Shown: positions 26,212 through 40,500 of the stretch, piece by piece
Layout: the number at the start of each line of letters is the position of its first letter
How positions within the stretch are numbered: the first letter of the stretch is position 1
Assembly: GCA_051362555.1 (NCBI GenBank)
Contig: CM120648.1
Location: 783,721 to 847,720 of the forward strand
Reading direction: 5' to 3'
DNA: 64,000 nt
Origin: Lingula anatina
Lineage: Eukaryota > Animalia > Brachiopoda
Notes under the pieces: model-generated
Seen by the model: only the letters and a program-made list of their open reading frames with translations
What the model was told of the DNA's origin: nothing
The model's database searches: none
Made by a program: the position numbers and the translations under genes

Positions 26212-29198
26212 GTGTACCCCATTTGCACTTTTTTCACTTTTTATATTGGTGTTGTTTCAAATGTTTTTCTTCTACTGTATTATTACATTATATCAATCAT
26301 TTTATCATCCTGTTACCGCAGGCAGTGTTTTAACACCTAAAAGTCAACAGTAGTGTATCAATTGTTTAACTATGTGTATGTGATATTTATCTCAATGCTC
26401 AATGTAGTGCTATGATTTTCATTTAACAATATTGTCACATTTAATGTGTGTGTGTGTGTGTGTTTCAATTTGCACCACGTTTTCTAACTTTTATAAAAGC
26501 GGTTAATTAACTGTAGAATGTCATACCAAAAAAAAAATAATAATAATAAAACAGATGAATGTATCACGCCAGTTTAACTGCATGCAGATAGTAAAAAAAT
26601 CATAAATTGGTAGGCCTACTGATTACCTTCTTTGGCAAAAGTTAGCTTACTTGCCAAAAAAAAAAGGTAAACAGTATACACTCCCTGTACTTGGGGCTTT
26701 AAAATATATTTAAAAAATACATGGGTGGCTTTGATGTGGACATTTAATGTCAATTCCGAGAAAAATTCTTGGCTGTGGCTGGAAACTGTTAAATACATAA
26801 ACATATGTGTAGATCCGCGTATGATGCTCTGCATGCATCTGGACGCTGGCAGAGCAGAGAAGTAAGAGACTCCAGATGGACAGGGTGCAAGAATATTATT
26901 TAGAAAAATCTCAAATAGGACATCCATTCCTTCTTCCAACCCCCCTCTCTTAAGCTTTTACGTAAACTTTACAGTACAAACAGGGATAATTAGCACACGT
27001 GTAAAGAGTGAAATATTCTTGGGATCTTGCACGGGAAAATAATGGATAATTTAACTTCATTACAAGCCTTTCAACCAACAGTAAAAAATGAGCATACAGG
27101 TATGATTATATAGTCGTATCTAACAAGTGAACCACATTTATCGATGAATTAGCAGCAGTAGGCCTAAGTGGCTCGCACCTGTCACCAACGGGGGAAATTG
27201 TTCAAAATTGTGAAATTATTTGTAATTATTGGTAATCGAGGAACCCTCAACTCTTAGCACCAGCGCAAGTATACCCTGTACTAGTATCAAACCACAGCCG
27301 TCGTGTCACCTTCCTAAATTTTTACCAATCCATACAATGTACATTTTTTCTTGATACAGATCTCTTGCTGATGAAACAGACGAGTGGAATATTGGTAAAT
27401 AATCCTCCTTTTTTGAGGGGTGGGGGTGACATTGGATAAGTTGCACATATTTTCATAGTGATATTTTAGGTAATACTCATATACCTATATAAGTGGTTCT
27501 TTGGAGAGTAGATGTATGTTTCCATGTTTTGATAATGGAGGGGTAATAACGACCTGGGGTTCACAAGTGTTTAAAAGACCAAAAAACAGTGAATTTTATT
27601 TATTCAATTTCGACTTTGAATTAAATTCAGTGTCCATTCGTGTACTTTGGCATTTGTTGCAAGGTGATGGTGTCTTATATATGTTGTTTGGTGGAGCCTA
27701 AAAAAACCTGCAGTGCAGAAACCACCAAATAGACCAATCACAGACAAACGTAGTGCTGTGAGAAAAATAAGTGATTTGTGATAAAATTGTGGGAAAAATT
27801 AGTGACTGTTTACATGTACAAACAGAGGGGTGCACGTGTTCAAGTACTTCCGGTAAAAAAAGTAGCTTTGCAACAGTATAGTTTTGTGCCATTTGTGAGT
27901 TGTCCATGAGAATGAGAAATGTTTCACCAAGTAATTTTGTTCATGCAGTTTTGCAGGCATTTCTTAGTATGGTCGTCAATGGAAAATATTTGGTGGTTTC
28001 TGACCTTCTTTCATCTCTGCCTTCGACACCGAAGTTTTCGGCACGCGTAGTTTTCGCCAGTGGTTAATGACTTCCGCTCCGCCATTGGGCCAGATTGCTC
28101 TCTTATCACACCTAACACATTGCACGGCTGCTGCAGGATCTGAGAATGGTCTCTAGCAAATTTGTTGAGTCTACCCAATTGTCTGGTTTAAAAGTCTTAT
28201 GCTGATTTTATTTCAAAATGTAGTGAGTGTACGCGTTGTATGTAGTGGGTGTATAAGACAGGCGTTCATATCAGTCAAGGGGATACTTCGGTTTCTGAAA
28301 AAAGTCACACCAATGTTCCCCTCTTGGAATTAGGATTTTGACTAAGCTAATTTATGGAACTAAACCATACCAAATGGCACCGTTCGCCATCTAAAATACA
28401 CAAAGTTTTCGGGGCCCTTCAGTGGGCCCCGAACCCCACGCCAACCCTTTGTCTCTATTGAGGCAATACCAAAGCTTTTGTTTGTTCTCGTGTAAAGTTC
28501 CAAAATACATGAAAATAAATTCATAATGTTCTCGTCGTTTTTATTCTTTTCCATTTCAGAAAGCATACCCTGACTTTCTTGTTTTCAACCTTGTCTCAAA
28601 AAATTTCAAAATATTCAAGTCATTTTGGCTGTTTCTTCACCGTATTTATTTCACAGAGTAGACAGAGCAGAGAGCCATAATGGATGATGTGACATAGCAA
28701 AGCTTTAGAAAATGTGAACCAATCGCTCATCATCTTGCACACAATTTGGTTGTGGCATATTTAATTAACATAGTTTGTTTGCTTGTTCTGCTAAACATTT
28801 TTCAGAGATGGAAAGTTGGGAGGTTAATGTGTTTAGACAGCACAGTAAACGGTTATGTAAAGTAAAAAAAATGGAAACACCCTCACGACAGCCGGTAGCT
28901 TTAAAAAAAAATAACCAGTTTACTTTTTCTGAAAATTGAAGAGACTTTTAGGGTCACGCTTGAAGGCATATTTCTTTTCTTTCACATCATTCAAGAAAGA
29001 AAAAGAAACCTTTCTTAATCACCATATCCAACGGCAAAATAAATAGTTCTTATTCTGAATAAATAGTTGTTCATCGTTCTCATCACATGTCAGCTATAGT
29101 GACCTAAAATCGGTGTCATATGTCTCCTACAATCTTCCAGTTGGTACCAGTCACTCAAAATGGTCAAATAGGTCACGTGATCTCTGAACGTACGGAAG

Positions 29199-32100
29199 TT
29201 AAGGACACAAATTGCACAACTGTGGACAGCTCCCGTACTTGACTACTGCCCCGTTGACTTTCATGTTGTCTGCGCAAGTATTTGGATTATCTGCCCACTG
29301 GCTGCAATACCACTTATCTTTCCCATTGTCGCCCATCTGAGCACAGTCATCTGTAAAGATAAGAGTTATACACATGTATGTATCGCAACTGATTCTGTAA
29401 ATGTACATATACAAATTTACTTTAGCTAGCACTTGTATACGTAATATATGTATTTGATAATTGATATTAGTTGTGGCCAAGTCTGTGAACAGAGTGAACA
29501 GACGAAACAGTCAACCAGTAAGGTACCAGTAAATTAAATATCTGGATCTATCATAAATGAAAATTTCTGATTGTATTTGATAATGTTTTGTAATATTTAG
29601 CCTTTTGGCATGCGATGATACTGTACTACATCCAATATGCAATAGCGTTGTGCTGAGGTTGTTATGTATGTCACACTATACATATAAAAAAACATAACCG
29701 TGGTATTTTGTAAGTCTCGACTCACGTATAACAATCTTATGTTAAATACTCACACTGCTCACAGGTGGCGCCAGTGAAGTATTGTGCGCAGTCACAGCCG
29801 CAAGTTTCGTAGTTGGGGGTTCCTCCATTTTTGCAATCAAACAGCTGTCCGCCACAGGGCTGCTCGCCTGCAGACAAAGGGTGTAGACTTGACGGGATTA
29901 AATTTCAACACCAAGTTATTTTCAAATCAGTGGGAGTCATGGGAGAGACTTTTAATTCTAATTGTTTTTTAAAAGCACATCTTGAAAATATTCATGCATT
30001 TTGATGACTTGGTTTATTCTGCATACTAATAGCAGATACAGAAAATTTTATGATTAGAATAGCAGTGAGGCAAACTTACGACAGTGATCAGGGTGGGTTG
30101 AGCATTCCTCTCTGGTAACTGTAACAACCAAAATCATTGTGTATAATCCGACTAAAGCTCTCAGGCACGCTTTCGGCACATTGTGTAGAAATTTCACAGT
30201 TTGAAATTTCATTATTATGAGTAACGCTACAACACACGTCAACTTTTATCAGAAAATTAGTGTGATATTGCCATGAAATCATAAAATGTACAAGAGAGAG
30301 AGAGAGAAAGTTTTCCTTCCAATACTGTATACCAACAATAATCAGTTACTCAGTACGTACGACAGAGTTTGTTTCGGCATTCTCCGGTCAAGTCGGAGTT
30401 GCTCACACATCCCGAGCAGCTTGTTCCTTGAGTATAGGGCGCACTGCCCTTCACGTTACCTCTGGAGATATAAATATATATAAATGAATAAATAAGTAAA
30501 ATACCGAAAACTAGAGATTCATACAGCACGTGGTCAACCGCCAACACGTTAATTACAATATGGGGCACACATTATATATTTTTTACGAAAGTTGTTCCTG
30601 GAATCACTCCTTGCCCTCTAGTGCATGTAAAACTGCCTATCTTGTAAATTTCATCATGGTTTGTAAAGCATTTTGATATCTAGTCCATAAATCAATGCCG
30701 ATGCTAACGTAATGATCTATTATTTAACAATCTGATTTCCCTGATGGTCCCATGGGCTATTTTCGTTACCCGCGAAAGCCCATTTCTTATTTCCCGAGAT
30801 GCGTGAAACGTTCATATTATTTAGCCTGATTCGTGAATTAAGGGCATCCCATGACCTTTGAATGCGGCGATTTATCCTCTTTGCTTCTTGTGGCAAAATG
30901 CCCGGTAATTTGTGATTTTCAGGACTTCCGACTCGCGTGATCAATGAGATATGAATAAAGTTCGGGCGGATTGAGGCCGTCTTCTGGGTCTTCCGGAAGA
31001 CGGTCAGATTTTCAAGTTTATATTGACGGGCATCAACTTTTTCTGTCGGAAGACGGTCAGAATTGGAGGATGGATCAACAAAGATAATTTGGAAAACTGA
31101 TAGCTCTGGATCCGCCCCTGTTAAAGTTTTATTTACTGTGATTTGTGAATTTATGGTGCTATGGTGCTTTTTCTCGTGAATTGTGATCACACAAACCCCT
31201 CCCCAAGAAAAACCCAGTCCCTTTTTAACGAACCTTCCAGGGGGTTCTTGTCTGAAAAAGTGATAGGGCAAAGGACAAATTAAGCCGCCCACACCCCATC
31301 ATTACTTGCTTCAACAAAAAAGGAGCAAGAAGATAATTAAAAGCGCCAGGCTGTTTTTTTTTTTTTTTTTTTTCCATACTCACGCAGGCGAATATCTGCA
31401 GACGACATAGTACCACGTGGAAGAACTAGGAAACGGCGATCCCGTGGTGCACTTCTTCATACCACAACCGAGTTTGTTACTGGCAGCCCAGACGACCTAA
31501 AGGGAAAGAGAAAGTATTCGTTCACGGATGAATTTCTTCACACCGTCTGATCATATAATGCCACATAATATTGCTAGGGGTAGAAGAAAATGTGAACTTA
31601 CCTAATCGCTGCAATGTCGTATTTTGACTTCATAATGACGTCTTTGAAAAACTAACTTTTTTCTTTATCTAAACTGACCTGCGTATAGTGTCCACAGTTT
31701 TTATTAGGAGGAGGATTGCATGAGTTGGAGGACAACGTGTACCACTGTTTCTCATTGTCCCAGTCGTCCACGGCGGCAGTTGCTCCCGGAGGAGCGGTGG
31801 AAGCATACAAGTTCTCACCATAATTCCCGCTGCTGTGGCCGTAGTTACAGCCATTCGCCCACGCCTGTGCACCTGCAGCAAGTCCGTCGTCCCACATCTG
31901 AAAAAAACAAAAAACAAAAACAAACAAACAAAAAAAAAAAAAAACAATTGAATTTCTTCTCAGGGTGTCCCAAGGCCGCACTGAAGTCTGACTGGTCTTA
32001 ACTTTCTTTAAAATCCGCCCAACTCATTTCAAGATAATTCGGTAATGGCCCAGTATGTATCAGTGTATCAGTATCACTAATTAGCCATATCTTTCTTGTT

Positions 32101-32293
32101 GTAAAACATACGCAATAATAAAATTAGTCGGACTATCACTGTTTTTTTCTGGGGTCAAAGTAAATGTTAAAGTGGGGACCATTTTTTCTGACTGATTACG
32201 TCCGTGACTGAATCGAGTTTTGTTAAGATGTCTGACATCGATGAAAAAAATTGAGATGGTCTAGATACATTAAATGATCTCCCAAATATCCAA

Positions 32294-32333
<40 letters not shown>

Positions 32334-33250
32334 CGAGCATGAGTGTGTGCTACGTGCACAGGGTAATTATCAAGGTAGAAAAAATAATAAAACTAAAATT
32401 AGCATAAGTTAAGATACCAAATAATTTCCTGAACATAGTGCGACCGACCAAAGAAAAGCAGTAGAGAGTGTGTGTATGTACGTGTGCGTGCGCATGCGTG
32501 TGTGTATTTTACCATTCTAGTCATCAAGGCAGCGGACGGACTGACTAAACTCCGCCTCAAATTGTGACGGTCAAGCATCTGCTGTTTTTCAGCGTCTGAC
32601 AATCCATTGTCTCCTCTCTTGACGACAGCGGAAAATGCTTCAATAGTCGAGCAATAACATATAAAATTACACATCGATAAAGTAAGCATTTCCTTCACAA
32701 AATAGATATGTGATATTTTACTCCTTAATATTGCAAAAAAAAAAAGAAAAAAAGAGAATATGCCAATACTGAATCTGAATTGAGAAATTAAGTAGAGAGA
32801 AAGAAAGAAAGAAAGAAGATCGTCCCAGAAGACGGCCTCCGTGCGCCCCTGAAGTACACAGATAAATAAAAAGCTGGATCAACTGAAGTCGCTGTGCCAC
32901 CATGCTAAAATAACATTGATCACGCTGAAGTAGGAGGATGGCAAAACAAAAATAATGTTAAGTATAATAACTTGTTTAACTCGAAATCGAAGTGATTACT
33001 TCTACTACCACTACTACCTACTGGTTGTATTAAGCATGGTAGTTAAGTCAAAACGAATACTGGTACGAGCATTATATGTCCATTTTTTGCAATTAAATGT
33101 AATAGCGCAAGCTATTTCAAAAATTACGTGCTATTTTCTTAGAGACGCTACCAAAACAACCCCCAAAACTAAAAAAAAGGAAAAAAAGATAGAGGTATTG
33201 AGAACGTTATATTGTTGCTTTCCTCTTTCCTCCCCCCTGCCTTTCTCTCA

Positions 33251-33305
<55 letters not shown>

Positions 33306-33313
33306 ACACTCTC

Positions 33314-33347
<34 letters not shown>

Positions 33348-34238
33348 ACACTCTCACACACACTCTCTTTCTCACTCTCACTCTTTCACTCTCTCTTTCT
33401 CACTCTTTCTCACTCTTTCTCTCACTCTTTCTCTCACACTCTCTCTTACTCTCTCTCTCTCTCTCTCTTTCTCATACACACTCTCTCTCTCTCTCACTCC
33501 CTCACTCTCACTCTTTCACCCTCTCTCTCACTCACTCTCTCCCCCCTCTCTCTCTTGCCCCATTCACACTAGCACGTCAAGGCTGACCTCGGTTCTACCG
33601 CGGTTAACTAATGTGAACGGGCGACGTAGCTCTGACCGTGGTCGAAATAAACCCAAATCGGGAGGTGGGTATAATCGGAGTAAACTCCTGACCGCGGTCA
33701 AGACCGCATGTCTACATATGAAGCGCATGCGCACAAGTGTATCGTCATTTGAGCTCCCGACATGTTTCACAGATTCTAGTAAGAGCGCATGCTGATATTC
33801 TACCGCTACTGATCGCTGCCGGTGTCAGTGTGAACGCGGTTTGGACGCGGTTTAGTTGACTGCGGTTTAATCGGAGTAAACTCGACCACGGTTAACGTTC
33901 TAATGTGAATGGCCTCTCTCTCTCTCTTAAGGGCATCTATAAAGCATACCCCGCCCTTCAATCTGCTTTCAATCTCTCTGTATATTGTCATTTTCCTCGA
34001 CAGTTATTCGCATCATCAGGCCAGAAAAAAATTGTAACGGACGTAATAAGAAAAGTAAAAACTTTGCACCATCTGTACATATCAAGATATCGCTGCGTGT
34101 TTGTACATGTAAAACGTTGCCAGTATTAATATGTTTCAATATTACCGTTTTCTGCAATGTATACAAGCATGTCAACTGTGACTTACCCTGTTCAGGCAAA
34201 AACGCTAAGGTAAGAATCAGCACTGTTAAAGTCAGCAT
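29199..34238 (-). CDS. CAP2: secreted CAP-EGF-like-ShKT-like protein, 8 exons, 304 aa
   Basis: Exons 34238-34187, 32637-32513, 31897-31679 (MWDDGLAAGAQAWANGC..CGHYTQ), 31496-31384, 30461-30361, 30118-30080 (TREECSTHPDHC), 29867-29754 (CGGQLFDCKNGGTPNYETCGCDCAQYFTGATCEQ), 29350-29199 (..KYGSCPQLCNLCP*). 915 nt in frame. Confidence 0.9.
30963..31120. mobile_element. ~158-bp hAT-like MITE in intron 4 of CAP2
   Basis: Ends c-gggcggat and ggatccgcccctg. 8-bp flanking duplication ataaagtt / ttaaagtt. Empty site ataaagttttatttactg in CAP3 (variant in CAP1). Confidence 0.75.
33557..33914. mobile_element. Second copy of the intron-1 MITE (CAP2)
   Basis: Near-identical to 25223-25580 at the same position, so co-duplicated or converted. 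Confidence 0.7.
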
Positions 34239-34304
34239 TTTCTTCTGATAAGCAATTATTCTAGTGTCCGCTTCCGCAATGTGCAAATACAGACACAAAG
34301 GGCC

Positions 34305-34385
34305 TTTTATATATTTAAAGACAGCGGAGATACCCGGTTGCTCTATCATATAGCGTCGGATATGACGTCACACAGATCGACCAAT
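34305..34385 (-). promoter_or_regulatory. CAP2 promoter: TATA, CRE and CCAAT
   Basis: ttttata 34305, TGACGTCA 34363-34370, ccaat 34381-34385. Confidence 0.6.
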
Positions 34386-37300
34386 TATACCACAATTTGT
34401 GCACAATTTGCCTCCGTTTTATTTATCAAAGCTGATGTGACATTTCAAAAACAATGGGGACGGGGTCTAAAATGTTGGGAAAAGTGGTTTTGATTTTTTT
34501 TTTTTTTTTTTTTTTTGGTGTACCCCATTTGCACTTTTTGCACTTTTTATATTGGTGTTGTTTCAAATGTTTTTCTTCTACTGTATAATTACATTATATC
34601 AATCATTTTATCATCCAGTTACCGCAGGCAGTGTTTTAACACCTAAAAGTCAACAGTAGTGTATCAATTGTTTAACTATGTGTATGTGATATTTATCTCA
34701 ATGCTCAATGTAGTGCTATGATTTTCATTTAACAATATTGTCACATTTAATGTGTGTGTGTGTGTGTTTCAATTTGCACCACGTTTTCTAACTTTTATAA
34801 AAAGCGGTTAATTAACTGTAGAATGTCATACCAAAAAAAAAATAATAATAATAAAACAGATGAATGTATCACGCCAGTTTAACTGCATGCAGATAGTAAA
34901 AAAATCATAAATTGGTAGACATACTGATTACCTTTTTTTGGCAAAAGTTAGCTTACTTGCCAAAAAAAAAAAAGGTAAACAGTATACACTCCCTGTACTT
35001 GGGGCTTTAAAATATATTTAAAAAATACATGGGTGGCTTTGATGTGGACATTTAATGTCAATTCCGAGAAAAATTCTTTGCTGAGGCTGGAAACTGTTAA
35101 ATACATAAACATATGTGAAGATCCGCGAATGATGCTCTGCATGCATTTGGACGCTGGCAGAGCAGAGAAGTAAGAAACTCCAGATGGACAGGGTGCAAGA
35201 ATAATTGTTCGATATCACCTAATTAAGATTTCAAAAATATTATTTAGAAAAATCTCAGGGAGGACATCCATTCCTTCTTCCAACCCCCCTCTCTTAAGCT
35301 TTTACGTAAACTGTACAGTACAAACAGGGATAATTAGCACACGTGTAAAGAGTGACATATTCATGTGATCTTGCACGGGAAAATAATGGATAATTTAACT
35401 TCATTACAAGCCTTTTAACCAACAGTAAAAAATGAGCATACAGGTATAATTATATAGTCGTATCTAACATGTGAATCACATTTATCGATGAATTAGCAGC
35501 AGTAGGCCTAAGTGGCTCGCACCTGTCACCAACGGGGGAAATTGTTCAAAATTGTGAAATTATTTGTAATTATTGGTAATCGAGGAACCCTCAACTCTTA
35601 GCACCAGCGCTAGTATACCCTGTACTAGTATCAAACCACAGCCGTCGTGTCACCTTCCTAAATTTTTACCAATCCATGCAATGTACATTTTTCTTGATAC
35701 AGATCTCTTGCTGATGAAACAGACGAGTGGAATATTGGTAAATAATCCTCCTTTTTTGAGGGGTGGGGGTGACATTGGATAAGTTGCACATATTTTCATA
35801 GTGATATTTTCGGTAATACTCATATACCTATATAAGTGGTTCTTTGGAGGAGTAGATGTATGTTTCCATGTTTTGATAATGGAGGGGTAATAACGACCTG
35901 GGGTTCACAAGTGTTTAAAAGACCAAAAAACAGTGAATTTTATTTATTCAATTTCGACTTTGAATTAAATTCAATGTCCATTCGTGTACTTTGGCATTTG
36001 TTGCAAGGTGATGGTGTCTTATAGGCCTATATGTTGTTTGGTGGAGCCTAGAAAAAACCTGCAGTGCAGAAACCACCAAATAGACCAATCACAGACAAGC
36101 GTAGTGCTGTGAGAAAAATAAGTGATTTGTGATAAAATTGTGGGAAAAATTAGTGACTGTTTACATGTACAAACAGAGGGGTGCACGTGTTCAAGTACTT
36201 CCGGTAAAAAGTAGCTTTGCAACAGTATAGTTTTGTGCCATTTGTGTGCTATCCAAAGGGGATGAGAAATGTTTCACCAAGTGATTTTGTTCATGCAGTT
36301 TTGCAGGCATTTCTTAGTATGGTCGTCAATGGAAAATATTTGGTGGTTTCTGTCCTCCTTTCATCTCTGCCTTCGACACCAAAGTTTTCGGCACGCGTAG
36401 TTTTCGCCAGTGGTTAATGACTTCCGCTCCGCATGCGCAGTTAATATAGAGGGCCAGATTGCTCTCTTATCACACCTAACACATTGCACGGCTGCTGCAG
36501 GATCTGAGAATGGTCTCTAGCAAATTTGTTGAGTCTACCCAATTGTCTGGTTTAAAAGTCTTATGCTGCTTTTATTTAAAAATGTAGTGAGTGTACGCGT
36601 TGTATGTAGTGGGTGTATAAGACAGGCGTTCATATCAGTCAAGGGGATACTTCGGTTTCTGAAAAAAGGTAACACCAATGTTCCCCTCTTGGAATTAGGA
36701 TTTTGACTAAGCTAATTTATGGAACTAAACCGTACCAAATGGCACCGTTCGCCATCTAAAATACACAAAGTTTTCGGGGCCCTTCTGTGGGCCCCGAACC
36801 CCACGCCAACCCTTTGCTTTTATTGAGGCAATACCAAAGTTTTTGTTTGTTCTCATGTAAAGTTCCAAAATACATGGAAATAAATTCATAATGTTCTCGT
36901 TGTTTTTATTCTTTTCCATTTCAGAAAGTATACCCTGACTTTCATGTTTTCAACCTTGTCTCAAAAAATTTCAATATATTCAAGTCATTTTAGCCGTTTC
37001 TTAATTAACCGTATTTATTTCACAGAGTAGACAGAGCAGAGAGCCATAATGGATGATGTGACATAGCAAAGCTTTAGAAAATGTGAACCAATCGATTATC
37101 ATCCTGCACACAATTTGGTTGTGGCATATTTAATTAACATTGTTTGCTTGTTCTGCTAAACATTTTTCAGAAATGGAAAGTTAGGAGGTTAATGTGTTTA
37201 GACAGCACAGTAAACGGTTATATAAAGTAGAGAAATGGAAACACCCTCACGACAGCCGGTAGCTTAAAAAAAATAACCAGTTTACCATTTCTGAAGATTG

Positions 37301-37563
37301 AGGAGACTTTTGGGTCACGCTTGAATGCATATTCCTTTTCTTTCACATTATTCAAAAAAGAAAAAGAAACCTTCCTTAATCAATCACCATATCCAACGGC
37401 AAAATAAATAGTTCTTATTCTGAATAAATAGTTTATCATCGTGGTCAACACATGTCAGCTATAGTGACCTAAAATAGGCGTCATATGTCTTCTACAAACT
37501 TCCAGTTGGTACCAGTCACTCAAAATGGTCAAATAGGTCACGTGATCTCTAAACGTCCGGAAG

Positions 37564-40500
37564 TTATGGACACACTTTGCACATCTGTGGACAGCTCCCA
37601 TACCTGACTACTGCCCCATTTACTATCATGTTGTCTGTGCAAGCACCTGGATTATCTGTCCAATATAAACAATACCACTTATCTTTCCCATTGTCGCCCA
37701 TCTGAGAACAGTCCACTGTAAAGATAAGAGCTATACACATGTATGTATCGCAACTAATTTTATAAATGTACATATACAAATTTACTGTAGCTAGTACTTG
37801 TATACGTAATATCTATATGTACTTGATAAATGATATTAGTTGTGGCCAAGTCTGTCAGAGTGAACAGACGAAACAGTCAACAGGTATCAGTAAATTAAAT
37901 ATCTGGATCTACCGGTATAATAAATGAAATTTTTCCGACTGTATTTGATAATGTTCTGTAATATTTAGCCTTTTGGCATGCGATGATACTGTACTACGTC
38001 CACCATGCACTAGATCAGCGTTGTGCTGAGGTTGTTATGTATAACACACTTTACATATAAAAAACATAACCGTGGTAAGTCTCGACTCACGCATAACAAT
38101 TTTATGTTAAATACTCACACTGCTCACAGGTGGCGCCAGTGAAGAATTGTGGGCAGTCACAGCCGCAAGTTTTGTAGTTGCGGGTTCCTCCATTTTTACA
38201 TTCAATCAGCTGTCCGCCACAGGCTAGGTCGCCTTGAGACAAAGGGTGTAGAGTTGACGGGATTAAATTTCAACTCCAACCTATTTTCAAATCAGTTGGA
38301 GTCATGGGAGTGAGTTTTAATTCTAATTGTGTTTTTTTTAAGCAGATCTTGAAAATATTCATGCATTATGATGCCTTGGGTGATGTTGAATACTTATAGC
38401 AGATACAGCAGAATCTATAATTAAAATAGCAGTAAGTCAGACTCACCACAATTTTCGGGCTGGGCTGCGCATTCTTTGGTAACTGTAACAACGCAAAAAT
38501 CTATTTATAAATCAGACTAAAGCTCTCAGGCACGCTTGTGTAACACTTTCAAATTTCATCATTATGAGTAGCGCTACAACACAGGTCAAGTTTTATCAGA
38601 AAATTAGTGTGATATAGCCATGAAATCAGAAAATGAAATCATGAAATTAAGTGAGAGAGAGAAAGAGAGAGGCAGAGAGAGAGAGAGAAAAGCTTTCCTT
38701 CCAATACTGTGTACCAACAATAATCAGTTTCTCAGTACGTACTACAGAGGTTGTTTCGGCATTCTCCGGTCAGGTCGGAGTTGCTCACGCATCCCGAGCA
38801 GTTTGTTCCTTGAGTATATGGCGCAACACCGACGTAGTTACCTCTGGAGATATAAACATATATAAATAAATAAGTTAAATATCGAAAACTAGACATTGCT
38901 AATACCCCCGTCACACTTAATTGGAATCAGCAGGAATCAAGAAGAATGAGGCTCAATGAAGAATTTTAAAAATTCGCACCACATTCGGGAAAAAAATTTA
39001 AATTCACCTTAATTATTGTAAGAGCACCGTTGGAATACTCAGAATGCGCTTGAATTCGCCTGGAATGATGAGTACACCTTCGGCTGTTTAGCTCTCAAAT
39101 GCAGTTCAAACGTAGTTGGAAAACTAGGAATATCTATAATGCTGTCAGAAGGCAGTAAGAATATAAAGAATATACTTTGAATGGCGTACTACAGTAGTGT
39201 AGTTCGATTGCTGGCAAAATTAATATTTCACCTCATCCGAGGCAAATTCAAAACATTCTGGCGGGATTTTATACCCTCGTCACACTAGAGGCGGAATGAT
39301 TAAGAATGGTGTCGAAAATGCAATTGTTTGTGCATTTCCAGGTTATTCGTCCCATTCTTGTGGCCGGCTCGAATGTTTTTGTCATGTCAAAAACTTTCGA
39401 AATGCATTCCAAGTGGAAAATTATCGAATGGCATTTGAACAGTATTCTAACTGCACTATGACTGCATTCTAAATATTCTAACGGCATTCCGACAGCATTC
39501 GAAACATTGAAACCATGAAAGCCCATAATATGAAACGTTCATATTATTTAGCCTGATTCGTGAATTAGGCATCCCATAACCTGCGAATGCGGCGATTTAT
39601 TCTCTATCCTTCTTGGGGCAATATGCCCGGTAAATTGTGATTTTCAGGAACTCCGACTCGCGTGATCAATGAGATATGAATAAAGTTTTATTTACTGTGA
39701 TTTGTGAACGTATGGTATACTATCTCGTGAACTGTGATTCCCCCCCCCCCCCCCCCCCAAGAGAAACCTGTAAGTTGTACGAAATGGGTAAATTAAACCT
39801 CCCACACCCCCTGTAAACGGACCTCCGGAATTATTATCATTACTTGCTTCAACAAAAAAGGAGCAAGAAGATAATGAAAAACGCCAGGCTGTCTTTTCAT
39901 ACTCACGCAGGCGAATATCTGCAGACGACATAGTACCACGAGGTGCACTTCTTCATACCACAACCGAGTTTGGTACTGGCAGCCCAGACGACCTAATGGA
40001 AAAAAATGAAAGTATTCGTTCACGGATGAATTTCTTCACACCGTCTGATCATATAATTTCACAAAAAATTGCTAGGGGTAGTAGAAAAAGTGTACTTACC
40101 TAACCGCTGCTGTGTCGCATTGTGACTTCATAATGACGTCCTTGAAAAACTAAGTTTTTTTTTCTCTATCTTAACTGACCTGCGTATAGTGTCCACAGCT
40201 TTTACCAGGAGGAGGATTGCATGTGTTGGAGGACAAGGTGTACCATTGTTTCTCTTCGTCCCAGGCGTCCACGGCCTTATATGGTCCCGGAGGGTAGGAG
40301 GAACCAAACAGGTTCTCACCGTACTTCCCGCCGGTGTTGCTGTGGCCCATGTTGCAGCTATCTGCCCACGCCTGCGAACTTGCAGCAAGTTCGTCGTCCC
40401 ACATCTAAAAAAAACAGTTGAATTTATTCTCAGAGTGTCCCAAGGCCGCACTGAAGTCTGACTGGTCTTAACTTTCTTAAAAATCCGCCCAACTCATTTC

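Noticed and set aside
30720-31292. 190-aa ORF duplicated at 51944-52516
   Set aside because: Lies inside CAP intron 4, spans the hAT MITE and has no motif. Its conservation only reflects the recent duplication, and it is not preserved in CAP1 or CAP3.
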